Source of the DNA: Anthoceros angustus
Lineage: Eukaryota > Plantae > Anthocerotophyta
Assembly: GCA_010909165.1 (NCBI GenBank)
Contig: MU008167.1
Span: 868,001 to 932,000, forward strand
DNA: 64,000 bases
Reading direction: 5' to 3'
This document shows positions 63,127-64,000 of the stretch, piece by piece; position 1 is the first letter of the stretch, and each line of letters begins with the position of its first letter. The notes under the pieces were generated by a model. That model saw only the letters and a list, made by a program, of their open reading frames with translations, made no database searches and was not told the origin of the DNA. Both the position numbers and the translations under genes were made by a program.

Positions 63127-63861
63127 CAGTCGGCCCCCTTAATTGGGAACTTTATAAGTGGGATTCCTCTCTAAATGGGACCTCTTCCTTTAGTTTACAT
63201 TATAAAAAATGGACATTTTCCTAAATGATAGTTGGGACCGTTTGAAATATATATTCATGTTAGTTTCACCTCCTTAAATGGGATTTTTGATTTTTTACTA
63301 AAAAAATTTAAAAGAAAAGAAAAGAATGAAAGCCGGAAAAAAGAAAAGAAGCTAATCGAAAATATTGAAGAGGAAGTAGCGACAATGCCACCCCTACCTC
63401 GACAAACTATAGAAGATGCCATCAAAGGTTTGGAGGCAGCAAGAACTTACCTGTTACAGATGTCACACGACAGTACAGACTCTTTGGCGTTGCTTAATGT
63501 CTTTGAGAAACACGTGATTAATCATCATCTCAAAGTATCGCGGGTGCAAAGGAGTATTGTCGATTATTTCAGAGCACAATAGACCTTTAGGTATGATTGA
63601 AGACTCCTAAGCTAAGCTTTTTCCTTTATGATACGTAGAGGTTTTTTAATGCTGCCTAGAGGAAGTGCTAGCTTTGAAGCAACTATGCAGAGAAGTGGTA
63701 AAGGTTATTTTTAGTGAAACCTATGAAACAAAATTTAAAATTTTTTTAGTATTTTTATTTTTGAATTTATAGTTTTTTTAAATGGGAAAAAATCTAATCG
63801 GGACACCTCTTTTAGTGGGACCTCTAAAGGCACTCCGAACCAGTCCCAATTAGGGCCATTA
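63127..63861 (+). mobile_element. pogo/Tigger-like internally deleted DNA transposon
   Basis: TA|CAGTCGGCCCCCTTAATTGGGAAC left end; degenerate inverted copy GTCCCAATTAGGGCCATTA|TA; retains the transposase C-terminus TIEDAIKGLEAARTYL...VQRSIVDYF. Confidence 0.7.
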
Positions 63862-64000
63862 TAGGAAACTTGTGTTCACAGAAGTTACGCACATGTGCAA
63901 AAAATGCTAAGCTAGACCTGGAAGTGCAATAACGGAAGGTGCCTTCTTGTCCCACTGCGCAAAGGTCTTGTACTAGCTTGCAAGAAGCTTGCAAAACGGC

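Noticed and set aside
1-64000. rRNA, tRNA or other structured RNA genes
   Set aside because: None recognisable by eye; a covariance-model scan would be needed to exclude them.

Overview
Eukaryotic, repeat-dense land-plant DNA; a seed-free plant is plausible but is inference only. The plant call rests on an intact BKI1/MAKR-family gene at 32297-33772. Most of the window is three stacks of nested transposons, each boundary supported by a target-site duplication (TSD) unless noted. (1) A CACTA TnpD pseudogene is split by a CRE-like RLE non-LTR retrotransposon (174-9683, 13-bp TSD), which contains CACTA element 1 (2738-9400). (2) A Copia remnant is split by a 17.3-kb CACTA element 2 (11948-29213). 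This hides an ~11.4-kb Sola-like DNA transposon (32-bp perfect inverted repeat, no TSD found) with a DDD transposase and a divergently oriented ParB-like + prokaryote-type beta-class N6A/N4C DNA methyltransferase gene. (3) A LINE is split by a Gypsy-like element (51525-60353, 4-bp TSD) carrying gag, protease, a DNMT3-like C5 methyltransferase and a possible PHD remnant. It has a Tf1-like self-priming site instead of a tRNA PBS and an unusual A-internal-B-A-B terminal repeat layout. Also present: CACTA element 3 (37761-47596), a second CRE remnant, an intact CENP-B/pogo-derived double-HTH ORF and a pogo-type deletion derivative. Many 0.3-1.7 kb indel-rich tandem duplications may be long-read assembly artefacts, so frameshifts should not be taken as proof of pseudogenisation. 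All family calls are from motif recognition by eye; no searches were run.
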